A stretch of 59,545 nt of DNA, the filler included, from Dugesia japonica (lineage: Eukaryota): the NCBI GenBank assembly GCA_001938525.1. It is 5 parts of 5 records of this genome, joined end to end, with 100 filler letters (N's around TTAATTAATTAA, not from the genome) between each part and the next. Parts side by side here need not be neighbours in the genome. Positions count along the whole stretch, not along the records: positions 1 to 9,334 come from MQRL01615999.1; positions 9,435 to 21,847 come from MQRL01647538.1; 3 more parts are not named here. One strand, given 5' to 3'. A program made the translations under genes and the position numbers. This document shows, piece after piece, positions 1-12,525 of the stretch. Position 1 is the stretch's first letter, and the number at the start of each line of letters is the position of its first letter. The notes under the pieces were generated by a model. It searched no databases, was not told where the DNA came from, and worked only from the letters and a program-made list of their open reading frames with translations.

Positions 1-689
1 TACGCTACTAAACCCATTCAAATTTAATCGTCTACTCCCGAATAAATACATTGCAACGTATTTTATTACTTTCAACAATCATGTTTGGACACGGAAAATT
101 TGATAAATGTAAACTAAATCTACAGTTGTAATTTAAAGAACTCAATATTTATTTANAATAGTGTTACAAAAACATACATTTTACGAAAATATTTGTAAAT
201 TTATTTCTGTAATTAAAAGCAGCAAAGGAATTTTGTTGAGGTTTTTCATCAATATTAATTTTGAGATTGAATAGTAAAAGTTATTATAAACAAATCCAAC
301 ATGTGCATCGAATGTCTGTGGTAATTTATTTTCTAATCTGATAATCCTATTAAAGTCTAATACAAGTTTTATATATCGATTTTTAAAAATTATTATTATA
401 ATCAATATTTGTAATCAATATTATAATCTTAAAAATTATAATAATAGATTAAAAAAATTTTTATTGAAAGTAAATTACAAATATTTTTATTAACCAAACT
501 AATATGTTTATAGAGAAAATTCTACAATGATTACTATCTTCTAGCTATTAGTATTTCTTTTAAGGATATCAAATTACACGAGTATGTGTTTATTACAAAA
601 GCACTTGAACACATACTAATACTACATCACAATGTAAGAATAAAGTGTGGTTTTAGTGATCAAAATTTATCGTTTTTATTCCAAAGTAA

Positions 690-1160
690 AAAATTTACCT
701 GTGAGCACATTACTATCGCATCTTTAAATGAATTCAATAGAAACTGTGGATTATTAACAGTCTGATCCCCTAGATTTTTAAATTTAACCAAGTATTGAAA
801 ATTTACATTACATGTTCCATGATCACCACTTTGATGAAATAGATTTTGTGTAACATCATAATGTCTTGATATTTTTGTGAATAAATTATTTAAATCCTTA
901 TGCTTATTTGCTTCCTGTTAAAGATCATCAAAAACAATCACATCACCAGATTTCAATCGTTTGCTCCAATTTTCACCAATTCAATTAATAATAACCAGTT
1001 TTATATCACAAAATACCAATGGTGTTAATCAATGTTCCTCGTCTGTAAATCTTTATGCCAACATTTTTTATTAAATTTTGATTAGAATAAATTCAATTTA
1101 AAAAATTTACACACAAATAAAATTTTTCCACTACCAACAATTTGATATACATCATCATTT
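690..1160 (-). pseudogene. Polinton/Maverick A32-like packaging ATPase remnant
   Basis: Minus-strand translation gives Walker A-like GSGK (1124-1135), Walker B GDVIVFDDL (~921-947), then LFTKISRHY..QNLFHQ..NVNFQYLVKFKN. This matches the Polinton ATPase signature LFTKGSHH..QNLF..SLNAHYLVLFKNPRD. Stops and indels are present. Confidence 0.85.
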
Positions 1161-1236
1161 CTTAATTCCATTATAATTAATGCTTGTTTAAACGTATAAT
1201 TAAAATTAATATTGTTTTACAGATATAAATACCAAT

Positions 1237-1635
1237 TTGAAAACTAANAAATCAAAAATAATGATTTCAAATATTAAATATAGAGGGAAATTTGATCAAG
1301 AAATGAACAAAAAAATGAGATTTCCAATTGGTAAACTTACATATGTTATAGAGAAGACCCATAAGTATACTTTTATTATCTTCAAAACACAAATCTATAG
1401 AATCATGAGATGCTATAAAACCAGAGGATTTAAATTATAATATCAATAATCACTTACAGTTGTCCACAATTAGAAGATTTAGATTTATTCATATGAATTA
1501 TCCAAAGTAATCTATCAGGTTTGACGATTTTAGGTGCCGATATTCTTGATCAGCGTAAAATTCTCCATTGTATAACTTATGTTTCGATGTATATTCCAAA
1601 CTAAAAAGCTTGGAATAGTTAATCCATTTATGTAA
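1237..1635 (+). pseudogene. Degenerate TBP (TATA-binding-protein)-fold-like ORF next to the Polinton ATPase
   Basis: One frame read through stops gives ISNIKYRG..YTFIIFKTQIYRIMRC.. then *SLTVVHN*KI*IYSYELSK..RF*VPIF..LMFRCIFQTKKLGIV. This resembles the two TBP repeats (QNIVSTVNL..TALIFSSGKMVCTG and QNMVGSCDV..YEPELF..LLIFVSGKVVLTG). Alignment by eye only. Confidence 0.4.
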
Positions 1636-2289
1636 TACTAAGAGGGGGGTGATTCAGTGTGCTACTATCTAATGTTTGTTGGTTATTTTGGATTTCATCA
1701 GACCCAAAATAATGATTCTATAGATACGGTAAATAATTATATTTTAGCAATAAAAATCATTTATTTTCATATTTGTATATTGAAGAAAAGAAAAGATTTC
1801 TTTTTTTGTTTATTGTATTTAAATTGGACTAATTTCAGAATGAAATCAAATTCAATTTTATCAATTGAATTTTCTCTGGAAAACTTTGTATAATTCTATT
1901 AATTGATTTCATTAAAAATTCCTTAACAATTTATTTTTTTCGTAATCCAATTCACAATTATGTGATAAAGACGAAAGTCTCTAAAATTTATTGGCACATA
2001 AAATAACTATCATTGATAGAGAATTGGTAATAAATTCGGTTGAATGAATCTAAAAAATAGTTGAATGAAAGACAAGGTATAATTTATTCATTACCGCATA
2101 TAATTAAAGAGCGAAATTTTTTGAAGAGCTGACATAGGAAAAATTGAATAATAATAATGGTAATTACAATAATAATAATAATAATTAATAAACAATTAAA
2201 GGAAATAATTAAATGACTTCATTTTTAAATATTTTTTTTAAAATAAAAATCGGATTTATTTTAGACTTAAAGCTATTAAATGAACAATA

Positions 2290-3600
2290 AACTTTATTAG
2301 GGGTTGGGCCAACAAACCCTACATTAAGAAGATCTTGATTTTCTGAAAGCATTTATAACTAAATCAAAACTAGACTTCCTACAATAATATAAAATTATAC
2401 AAATTATATTCTATAAAAATTAATAGAAAATAATTTAAAATAAAAATTGACAAAATACAATTAATTAAAAACTTATTAAAAATCATTACAAAGACTTTAC
2501 TTTTTTTAAATATCTTACACATTCTTTTTCTCTAACTATATTATTTAAACACAGAATTTATTACAGGGCAAAATAAAAATCAATTATCTACATTTATATT
2601 GCAGTAGGTAGATTTGAGCGCAGAAATTGGGCAACTGATCTGAAAATCTGTGCTATAGGTTATCGTGGATTTATTGATTTAAGATTTTTGATCCGAGCAA
2701 ATTTGAAAAATTTTTTTTGGTGTTTTTTGTGGGAAACTTAAATTTTGTTTTGATTTTTTTGAATTTTTTTTCAAATTTTGACGGAGAATATTTTTTTGAG
2801 GGTATTGGAGATATTGGGGGTGTATATTTGGATGAATGTTGTTTGGGAAAGTTGTGTGTGTGTAAGTGTGTGTTAAAAAACGAAAAAATGTTCAAAAGGT
2901 GTGTGTAGGTGTATGTGTGTGTTTGATGATGATTTGTCTTGGCTCTCGAAAAATTTTTTATGTTGCCACAGTTAACTAAAGAAGAATGGAACGATGAGAT
3001 TTTGTTGGATTTGGATAGAAGTTGGATTGTTGGGAAGAGAGGGAGTGGGGATAGGTGATGTGGTTTTGTGGGTATTGATGTTTTGGATTATTGATTGATT
3101 TTTTAGAGGGTTAGGGGTTAAGGGTTAGTATGTAGTGTGGAAGGGGTCAAAATATGTTTTATGTGGGGTTTATTATTTTTTTAGTGTAGAGGTGAAAAGG
3201 GGGAGTTGGATAATGTATGGGTTGAATTTTCGAGTGTGTGGGTATGTGTATATAAATTTTTGAAAATCATAGTTTTTTTAAAGGTGGAAGAGATTTTTTA
3301 AGAATATTGTTTGTGCGGTCTATATGCTTTTTGTTTAAGCAGTCTAGAGATTTTTGTTCCGGCAGTCTTGAGTTTGAAAGTTATGACACTCTAAGTTCTC
3401 AGGGGGTATGTGTTGTCGTGGTACAGTTTTCGTGTTGCAAAAGAGAGTTATAAGTATATTTTAGTGGTTTGAGCTGTCTAAATTGCTCAGGGTAGTCTAA
3501 ATATATATGCCTAGGGCAGTCAAAGGTATTTAAGTTATAGAAATTTCGGAGAGGAGAGTCTATGGAATAAGACATTAATTGATTAATTCTTTATAAGTTA
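2290..3600 (-). mobile_element. Degenerate retroelement-like fragment (possibly Penelope/LINE), strongly G/T-skewed on the + strand
   Basis: Strong strand skew, low-complexity P/T/H/K-rich minus-strand frames, and a stem-loop plus AATAAA at ~2290-2325 on the minus strand. No diagnostic catalytic motif found. Confidence 0.3.
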
Positions 3601-3654
3601 ATTAGTTTAAATAAATAGATTATTGATAATTATAAATGATTTTTTGCATTGTTT

Positions 3655-3992
3655 CAGTAACAGTCTTGTTTTCCTTCCATACCGTTACATTGCTTCCTCC
3701 GAAAATGTACAGTGGAGCAGTTATTCCGATCGTTCACATCCGGTCTCAAGTTGTAAACCGCTATATCCGTTAGCATCCATCCGAAATAGTTCATAATTGA
3801 ACTTATCAAACAGCTTGCATAGTTTTAACTACATAAAATTCGATTCAACATGTGCATTTTCGGTAGCAGTTATTCTAGACGTTCACAAATCAAACACCAG
3901 TACAATTTTTTAAAAACAATAAGTCATCATAGTCAATAATTGACTATACACGGATCCGCAAAATGACAAGGAACTGTTATGATAACATAACT
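3655..3992. mobile_element. Small MITE-like element
   Basis: Imperfect terminal inverted repeats (taacagtcttgtt / gacaaggaactgtta) and an internal direct repeat gcagttattc..cgttcaca at ~3717 and ~3866. No clear TSD. Confidence 0.3.
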
Positions 3993-5129
3993 GTTACTTA
4001 TTCAATGCATGTCATTTTTTATATTATTTAGCATATATTAGACTTTTTGTCACATTTTAATAAACTTTGACCATATTAATGGAACCTTTAAACCACATTG
4101 ACCATATATATTAATGAATCCTTTAAATAACTTTGACCATATAGTAATGGAAACTTTTAATAGATTTACCTAAATTTCAATTCATTTATATATTAAGTTT
4201 AAATTAAATTAACTTTAAAATATATTATTAAAAAATTTAACATATTAAAAAATAAATGAACTCACCATTTTTAATTTCAAACACAGTTATAGTAATATGA
4301 AATTAAAAAATCAATATATTTATTGAATTATTACAAATTCTTAGAAATTACAAATTACAAATTTTAATTTCATATTATGATAATTATGGAAATTATGGTC
4401 ATTAATATAATAGAATATAATAGATAATAATATAATTTAATAGAATATAATAGAATATAAGATAAATTTTAAAAAGAATTGTGTATTATTTACATAGTAA
4501 CAGTGTAATAATTACATAGTTACAGTGTATTGTTTTTATTATTTACATTGTAACAAGGTACTAATTGTATTATTTATATAGTTACCTGGTATTATTTACA
4601 TAGTTACCGTATATTGTTTCTAAAAGGGTAGTCTTTGTATTAAGAGGTGAGTCAATATATAATTACATGCTAAAATAATCAAAGTTGAACTTTTCTTTAA
4701 AAATAATAAAACTGTAGAATTTTTCTTTAAAAATATATCTATTTAAAAAAATATTCAAAGATTGGAGTCTTTGTATTGATTTATTATATGCATTAGTTTA
4801 TCATTCATGGAATTTGACAGGTTTATTAGATTATATAAACCCATAAAACTTTATATGACCTAAAATTACTCTATAAATACCTTATATGATTAAATAAATT
4901 TCCATAGAAACCATATGAAACCAATAAAATATCTTATAATCCTTATAAAAACTTATGAATAAACAGACATCCATAGAAACTGTATGATATCTAATAAACC
5001 ATGTATTAAAGTCTTTAAAAAAAACTCAAAATAGTTTTTAACAAGTAAATTTCTATTTAATGAAAACAACTTTTATTATTAAAATTTTTATAAGTCCAAA
5101 TTTTTTATAAGTAAAAAAAAATCTTAAAC

Positions 5130-5330
5130 GTATAGGTTCATTTAGTAAGATAACAGCTCAGGATGTACTAGCTAATGATGGAAAAATATTACCAACATTA
5201 AAATATAATGCATTAGCTGAGCTTAGAAATGTTGTGTCATCGTTACCTAGTGAAGTAACCAATATGATCTCAAAAGTAGCAGCATATTACCGCAAAGTAT
5301 TACAAATAAAATGCCATCTAAAATAACTAA
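5130..5330 (+). pseudogene. Possible Polinton small core-like protein remnant upstream of the capsid gene
   Basis: Translates as ITAQDVLANDGKILPTLKYNALAELRNVVSS, resembling the A.DVL.G...K motif of the small ORF that usually precedes the Polinton MCP. Position fits. Confidence 0.4.
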
Positions 5331-5483
5331 TATGCTATGAAATCAGTCCAAAACATAAACAACTAATAAAAGAGAAGNNNNNNNNNNNNNNNNNNNNNNN
5401 NNNNNNNNNNNNNNNNNNNNNNNNNNNNNNNNNNNNNNNNNNNNNNNNNNNNNNNNNNNNNNNNNNNNNNNNNNNNNNNNNNN

Positions 5484-6486
5484 NTCTACAAATCGTAATT
5501 GAAAGTGGTACTTTCGAAGATGTCTTTCCTATGAATTCAATTTCTGAATTACAAAGTGATGTAACATTTTTATAAAAATGGTCGCAATAATAATATTTAG
5601 ATTTGAATGATACTTTATCATATATTAAAGTAAAGGTAGTTGATAAGACAAAAAAAGATTTGACTGACACTCATGATGCGATTCCTTGTAACTATATGTT
5701 GCTTACACATTTTAAGGGTTTATTTCTTTCATTTAATAATTTCAAATTTGAAGGTTGAAATTAATACTATCTTCACAAAGCATTAACAGGAACTTTAATA
5801 AATTATAATTGTGATAATGAGAATATCTGTCTTGTGGCAATGGGATATGGGATCGAAGCAGATAAAAAATGTCTAATAAAACATCAAAACAGTTGTCTCT
5901 ATGTGGTTCATTGCAACTTGATTTCATGGATCAACCGAAATACCTTATTCCATGTGTCAATGTTCATATTCGATTGAAAAGAGAATCTTCTAAGATTTGT
6001 TTGAAATCTGAAGCGTGTACGTGTTGAACCCTCAGTACTAGGTGCTCATCAACTGGGACTAGAAAAGCCAAATGCTATTTATCCAATAAGAACCAAGGAA
6101 GTCGTTGCATTAGTAAAGATAGTTCATTGTTTTTTTAAGAGTAAAATCTCTAGTGATCGTTGATTACATCATTTTATTCTAGTTGCAATTCAAAATGGAG
6201 ATCAATATAATAGTAGTTATAAAAGCTCGAGTTTAACATTTCAAAATTTAAATGCTGTTTCTGTTTCCTTGACGAAAAACACTGATTATCGAGAAAGGAC
6301 AATTATCCCTTCTTTATATTTGTTCTTGCTTCAGATTTTGATATAAATCAGTGTCAATTACCACAAGAAAATTTGAGATTAGATATCAAGTTTGCCAAAA
6401 CTTTAACATTATCGGCATATGTTATAATTTATGAAGTATTTGAAAAGGAAATTCAGAATAAAGATAACGGAACAGTATTAGTATAA
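5484..6486 (+). pseudogene. Polinton/Maverick major capsid protein (double jelly-roll) remnant
   Basis: Collinear MCP-like blocks: QIVIESGTFEDVFP..YLDLNDTLSYIKVKV; SKQLSLCGSLQLDFMDQPKYLIPCVNVHIRLKR; KRVRVEPSVLGAHQLGLEKPNAIYPIRTKEV; ENLRLDIKFAKTL..VIIYEVFEKEIQ. Multiple stops and frameshifts; the 5' end falls in a gap. Confidence 0.9.
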
Positions 6487-6734
6487 ACAATGCTATTGCA
6501 ATGAAGTAATTTTTACGTAAATCTTCAATCGGTAATTCATTTTCCAAATCACAAATTATATTTTTAGATATAATATATTTCACTACTACAACACATACTT
6601 AGTAAGATAATTATAATTGAAACAAAACTGATTACATTTTAAAAGGGAATTTGATCACTTTCTAATGACTAAAATTATTAAATAATAATTATTCCATTAT
6701 AGTAATAATTACTATATTATTTACAATTTAATTT

Positions 6735-7068
6735 ATTAGTTCTATTCAGATTGATCAGATTGCAACAAAGTGGTTTGGATTAGCGTGGCTAGGTGTTTAT
6801 GCATTAGATAAACTTCCAAATTATATTCCAGTAATAAATCCCTTAATAGTCAAATACATCAAATATTGGTGGAGAACATTGGATAGCTGTTTACAATAAA
6901 CCTGCTCAAATAATGCTATTTGATCTATTAGCATTTTATTATCCATCAATGTTGGTGTCACATTTATCGAAACCAATTATGTACAATAAAAATCGATATC
7001 AAGATCCATTTACAATAACCTGTGGACAACACTGTTTATTATGGTTAAACAAACAAAATAACAGATGA
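6735..7068 (+). pseudogene. Polinton adenain-like (adenovirus-type) cysteine protease
   Basis: GVYALDKLP..GGEHWIAVY..LFD..RYQDPFTITCGQHCLLWL* retains the H, D, Q and C catalytic pattern. One frameshift near 6850. Confidence 0.9.
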
Positions 7069-9434
7069 AATATTTAGTTGCGTGTATTTGTAGTATACAA
7101 AATATATGTTAAATTGACAAAAAAATCTTGTTCATTTTTTTAATAAAACTCAGCAAAAACACAATACAAATTAATAACAATATTTCAAATAATCTGATGA
7201 TATAAAAATTAATGTCTGGTAATTATTGTATAGAAATTACTGTCTAGAAATTTAATATATAAATCAATATAATTTAAATTTAATTGATATTGATTAATTA
7301 CTATTATATTAATTATTATATTATATTAATTACTATGTAATTTTAAATGTCCAAAACCTAGGCTTTTTGATAAATTTTTAAATAATTATACAAAGAAAAT
7401 GATGACTATAAAAATTTATTCTTGTAGAACTTTTAAAACCACAAGATTTGAACACTTATGATAATAAAATCCCAGACTCACATATACTCATGAACCCATA
7501 CGCTCATACAACCATTAATGTGATTAATTCTAATAAAATAAGCATAATTTGTTTTAACGAATCAATTACATTAATTCTATCAAAACCCTAATGTTCCTCA
7601 TTAATGATAACTAATATTAGATTCACAGCTTAAGTGTTGCAAGAAAACGAGCTTTCGAATATGTAAACAATGCCCATTCAAGGTTAAAAGTGACAAGTAT
7701 ACGATTACTATACAATTTTGAATGTCCAAAATCTAGGATGTTTGTTTATTATTNNNNNNNNNNNNNNNNNNNNNNNNNNNNNNNNNNNNNNNNNNNNNNN
7801 NNNNNNNNNNNNNNNNNNNNNNNNNNNNNNNNNNNNNNNNNNNNNNACTTTTATTATATTAAATGAAGTGAGATATTTAATTTATTATCCGCTTTTCTAA
7901 GATAGATAAAAATTTGGAGATCTATGGTTAAGTTCAATAATATTTTACGAATAATTCTAATGATACGATTTAATAATATCAAAGTATTTTGAAACCATTC
8001 TATAAAATATATAAATTATAATTTCTTTATAAAATTTATTTAATGAATTCCTTCATTTTTTTACATTGTAATTTTTGAGTTTTAATTTGTGGCTACTCAA
8101 TTTTTTTTATTAATAATGTGTCTAGGGAAACAAGTTAATTACTTTATCACTCGTGGGAAATTAAAAGAGATACAAAAAGCATTTAATTTAAAACGTAAAA
8201 AATATAACTTTCATTTTTTCTAATTAATTTTTTCGTGATGATATTAATAATTTATACAATTAAAAATTATAATTAATATTTAAAATAATGGAATAAAGAA
8301 TATTAGTTTGAATAAATGACATTATATCAATTGGAAAAATAAAAAAAAATTAATAGAAAACCGTTTACGTTATAACAAAATATAAAGATATGTGATTAAT
8401 TAGTCTCTTGAGACAAAATTTAAGTCAATTCCTTCATAAAAAAATTGTAAATAAAACTTCGAAAATGTCTTGTTTTTATGTACGTTGATATTAGATGCAA
8501 AAAATAGATTAGTAAACAACATAGCCAACAATAAATAATTCGTTGCCTGGAAACAATAAAAGTGCAAATCTAGGCATGACTGTGGCATACAATAGAATTA
8601 AATAAATTTTCGTAGACAATATATGAATGAAACTCACGCATTAATTTAGATTTAACTTTGTGATGATTTTTTATGACTCATTTTGTTATGCAAATATAAA
8701 TGATTATTAAAATTTTTTTGAGTAGGCTGTCTTCAAATAATCAATAAAATTTTTTTCTATAACAATGACAAATTTTTAATGAATTATTTTTTAAAGCTTT
8801 CTCGTTTATCGATTGAAATAATCGAATTTATTGTTAATCGATAATTCGATTTTGCAAAATATCGACCATATAAACANNNNNNNNNNNNNNNNNNNNNNNN
8901 NNNNNNNNNNNNNNNNNNNNNNNNNNNNNNNNNNNNNNNNNNNNNNNNNNNNNNNNNNNNNNNNNNNNNNNNNNNNNNNNNNNNNNNNNNNNNNNNNNNN
9001 NNNNNNNNNNNNNNNNNNNNNNNNNNNNNNNNNNNNNNNNNNNNNNNNNNNNNNNNNNNNNNNNNNNNNNNNNNNNNNNNNNNNNNNNNNNNNNNNNNNN
9101 NNNNNNNNNNNNNNNNNNNNNNNNNNNNNNNNNNACATCAAATTCTTTTACACGGTAGTTGCATATGTTGGATATTTAAACTCAACAAAAGATTTATGGT
9201 TCATATTTGATACTATTTTATCTTTGTGTGTATGTAGGTACTGTATTATATAAACGATATCTTTATTAAAAAATTTATAAATATAGTAATATAGTGTAAC
9301 TGTGACCTTATATAAATAAATAATAACAACCTTTNNNNNNNNNNNNNNNNNNNNNNNNNNNNNNNNNNNNNNNNNNNNTTAATTAATTAANNNNNNNNNN
9401 NNNNNNNNNNNNNNNNNNNNNNNNNNNNNNNNNN

Positions 9435-9502
<68 letters not shown>
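9435..9502. repeat. (AAT)n microsatellite
   Basis: Perfect AAT run; similar runs at 12468-12523 and (TTA)n at 51736-51800. Confidence 0.95.
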
Positions 9503-9504
<2 letters not shown>

Positions 9505-9869
9505 CTCTAAAATATTTCACAGATATTTGCGTAGGAAAATCTTATTAAATATAAATGGTGTTTTAAATATTAAATATAATATTTTAGTGATGTATTTTTC
9601 AAATATTTACTTTGATTATTAGCTGGTTAGAATGGATTCCGAACAAGTATTATTTGTGTTTTCACAATTATTTTAATTGCCTAGTTTATCACATTGTGTT
9701 TTTAAATTTCACTCTATTTTTTGAAAATTGTTAACTCTGTAATCAGACATTACAAACATTTATGTGTAGAAATAATCATAATTTTAATAATAGTTATTCA
9801 TTGAAGATTGAAATAAAAATTATAAGATTAGTTTTGTTTTCTCTGCACCATATTGGGGAAGGTTTAATC

Positions 9870-10106
9870 CAGTAGTGGCCAACCTGCAATATTCAAGATG
9901 CTTTAAATATTTATGTTTCATTTATTCATTTCCTTCGTTTCTAGTGTTGTAATGAATATTGTCACAAAGACATGTCAATAATAATGTTTGATGATTTAGA
10001 ATGTTCTAAATCTTCGATCTAAAATTATGAATATACGTGCGATCTGCGGGATTGTAATGCATTTTCAAAGTTGGTCCGCAAGATCGTTTGGGTTTGGCCA
10101 GGCCTG
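9870..10106 (-). mobile_element. Non-autonomous hAT (Charlie-like) MITE, older copy
   Basis: Ends cagtagtggccaac / tttggccaggcctg. The right end is the reverse complement of the left end of the 10316 copy. Flanks gtttaatc / gcttgagc match at 5/8. Confidence 0.6.
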
Positions 10107-10315
10107 GCTTGAGCAGTGAAATCTGTTAGATTGTACTCACTTTGTCAAGAAAAACTCGTTCAAATGTTTTTGCTAGTGTTGTTATTAAAAAAAATCGCTG
10201 TATAAAAATGTATTCGATTGTAAAAAGTGTTGAGTGTAACAGATTTCACTGTGTACTGTATTTCCAAACTATAAAAATTGGTTCCAAAAATAGCAATAGG
10301 TTTGTAACACTAGAT

Positions 10316-10655
10316 AGTATGTGGCCAATCCAAATGATCTTAAGGGCCACTTTGGAAATGCGTCATAACTCCACCGGCCGCATATAAAATTATAAACTAA
10401 ATCTATAGACATTTTTTATAACATAATGTGTTATTATTATTGTGTTTTGCATTATTCTTACATGTGAACATAGATAATATAATAATAATGATATTAAACG
10501 TACATTGTAAAATAATATATATAACACTAAATATAAAATATAAAAAATATACAAATATAAATGAAATTAAAATATATATATTTGAAAATATATATCGAAA
10601 TATATATTTTGTAAGACTGTGATGAATCTCGCGTGCTTCGTGTTGGCCACCCATG
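10316..10655 (+). mobile_element. Non-autonomous hAT (Charlie-like) MITE with intact 8-bp TSD
   Basis: TIR core gtggccaa at both ends; perfect TSD CACTAGAT at 10308-10315 and 10656-10663. Confidence 0.8.
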
Positions 10656-11339
10656 CACTAGATTACGTTGATATTTTCTAAAATATGAATGTAAATCCAA
10701 ATCATCTCTTGGGTGTTTCAAATAATTATTGAAAAGTGTAATATTACTATAAATTATTAAGCATCAACGAATTTAAAATGTTTGTATAAATTTAAAGATT
10801 ATTTAAACAAATGATATTAAATTTTTACGAACAAGAAAAAATCAATTTTCACATGGAATTACAAACCGATTTTATTTGTATTGTACTGGTATAAATAAAC
10901 CTAATTTTCATCTATGTAATTACCAGTAGTTTCTTTCCAGTTAATTTAACTGTAATTATATTGTTTTATGGTGGTTTTTATGAAGGCTTTTGTTTTAGTT
11001 TTTAGAAATATTAAGATTAATTATGAAAATTTGTGCATGGAAAGGAAATTTNNNNNNNNNNNNNNNNNNNNNNNNNNNNNNNNNNNNNNNNNNNNNNNNN
11101 NNNNNNNNNNNNNNNNNNNNNNNNNNNNNNNNNNNNNNNNNNNNNNNNNNNNNNNNNNNNNNNNNNNNNNNNNACAGATTTATTATTATATTGATTTTTA
11201 GTGTCTGCCATTAATGCTTACATGAATATTCTCATTTAGTCTGTAATATACTCATTATACAATTCATATTTTTGAAAATTAAATGTGATAATTTATAATA
11301 ATTATTATAAAATAATTATTTCATCATTATTATTATTAA

Positions 11340-11948
11340 TTCACTATTTTTCATCTGCGGTGATCACTTTGTTCAGCTAATCATAACGACGCTTTTTAGA
11401 CAATAGTATAATGCAGGTATTTACAAAGCAAAACGATCAAATTCATGTAGTCTGTGTGGAACAGATACTTCCAGTTAACTGACTTTCCCATTCTTTGTCA
11501 AATGACGCAAATAAAAAGTGTGAATAATGACAAATGTCTTAACCAGTTCTACTGATGAAACGTGTGGATTATCATCGACATTTTCGCATAAAAAGTTGTT
11601 ATCAATAAATGACTGCTTATCTCTTCTTACCTTATCCTGATGGTCGAAATCACCACTCTTGAATTTCAGAAATCAACTATATGCCGTAAATTGACCAATA
11701 GTGTCTTTTACAAAAGCTTTGTTAATACGGCGTTAAGATTGACGAGCATCTAGACCGGAATTGTAATCAAACAAATATAGAATGCATTGATCTTCCCTGC
11801 AAAAGGCTTGATTTATTGATCATATTATTCTTTAAATAAATATAAATATTAAATAAATATTCACATTTAGATGCTTTAATAAATACAAAACATTTAAATT
11901 TGTGCTGCAAATAAGCTCTGTAAGGTACTTTTGTTTGCAACCAAATAT
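11340..11948 (-). mobile_element. Truncated mariner transposon (5' TIR plus N-terminal transposase)
   Basis: TIR-like tatttggttgcaaacaaaagtacc. Translation gives RRINKAF..FLKFKSGDFD..VSVPHRL (WVPHEL motif) ..NKVITADEK (first catalytic Asp motif). Confidence 0.85.
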
Positions 11949-12465
11949 ATCCGATGCTAAAATTGTTAAATAAATAAATATTTATACAATCTCATCTGGG
12001 TAAATTCGGATTCGTACGGAACCACATCGTATCGTTTTCTGTAGTCTTTTCGAACGCTTTACTTTTAATAATTTTACATCTTTTATTAATATATTGAAAG
12101 ACAGAAAGTTAAAGAGAAATCATATTTTGAGATTTTTTCTCTTTATGTTCTCTTTTTCTCAATTTCATAACAAATATTTCTGCCAAATCAAAGCAATTTA
12201 TTCGGCATTCAAGACCAAACCACGAGGTATAACTTTTAAAAATAATTAATGAGTACATTAACATAATAATTTCTTCTGCACTTAATATTTTAGTAAGTTG
12301 ATGTTTTATATTGTTAGATTTTTAAAACATGTACTGATATTTGATTTAAAGTATTTTTATTAAAGAGAATCTGTATAATATTGTTATGAGCTTGATGTGC
12401 GAAGCATTTATATAAAGTTAATGAACCTGATAAGATTCTCAAACGACAAGATTACTCAATATGGT

Positions 12466-12525
<60 letters not shown>

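Noticed and set aside
2322-2350. Hammerhead-like attaagaagatcttgattttctgaaagc; also ctgacga/ctgatga hits near 26040 and 50370 and ctgataag at ~12427
   Set aside because: Each needs two or more core changes or lacks stem II or GAAA, so none is supportable.
3103-3128. Telomere-like gggttaggggttaagggttag
   Set aside because: Only about three imperfect units within a G/T-skewed region; compatible with chance.
8806-9253. ORF-track entries spanning N runs (also 16700-16979, 46727-47107, 51508-51804 and others)
   Set aside because: Their length comes from Ns or microsatellites; there is no coding evidence.
9379-9390. TTAATTAATTAA islands centred in 100-bp N gaps (also 21892-21903, 35741-35752, 48296-48307)
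   Set aside because: Identical six-frame-stop linker with symmetric N padding. It is an assembly join marker rather than biology, and it means linkage across these points is unproven.
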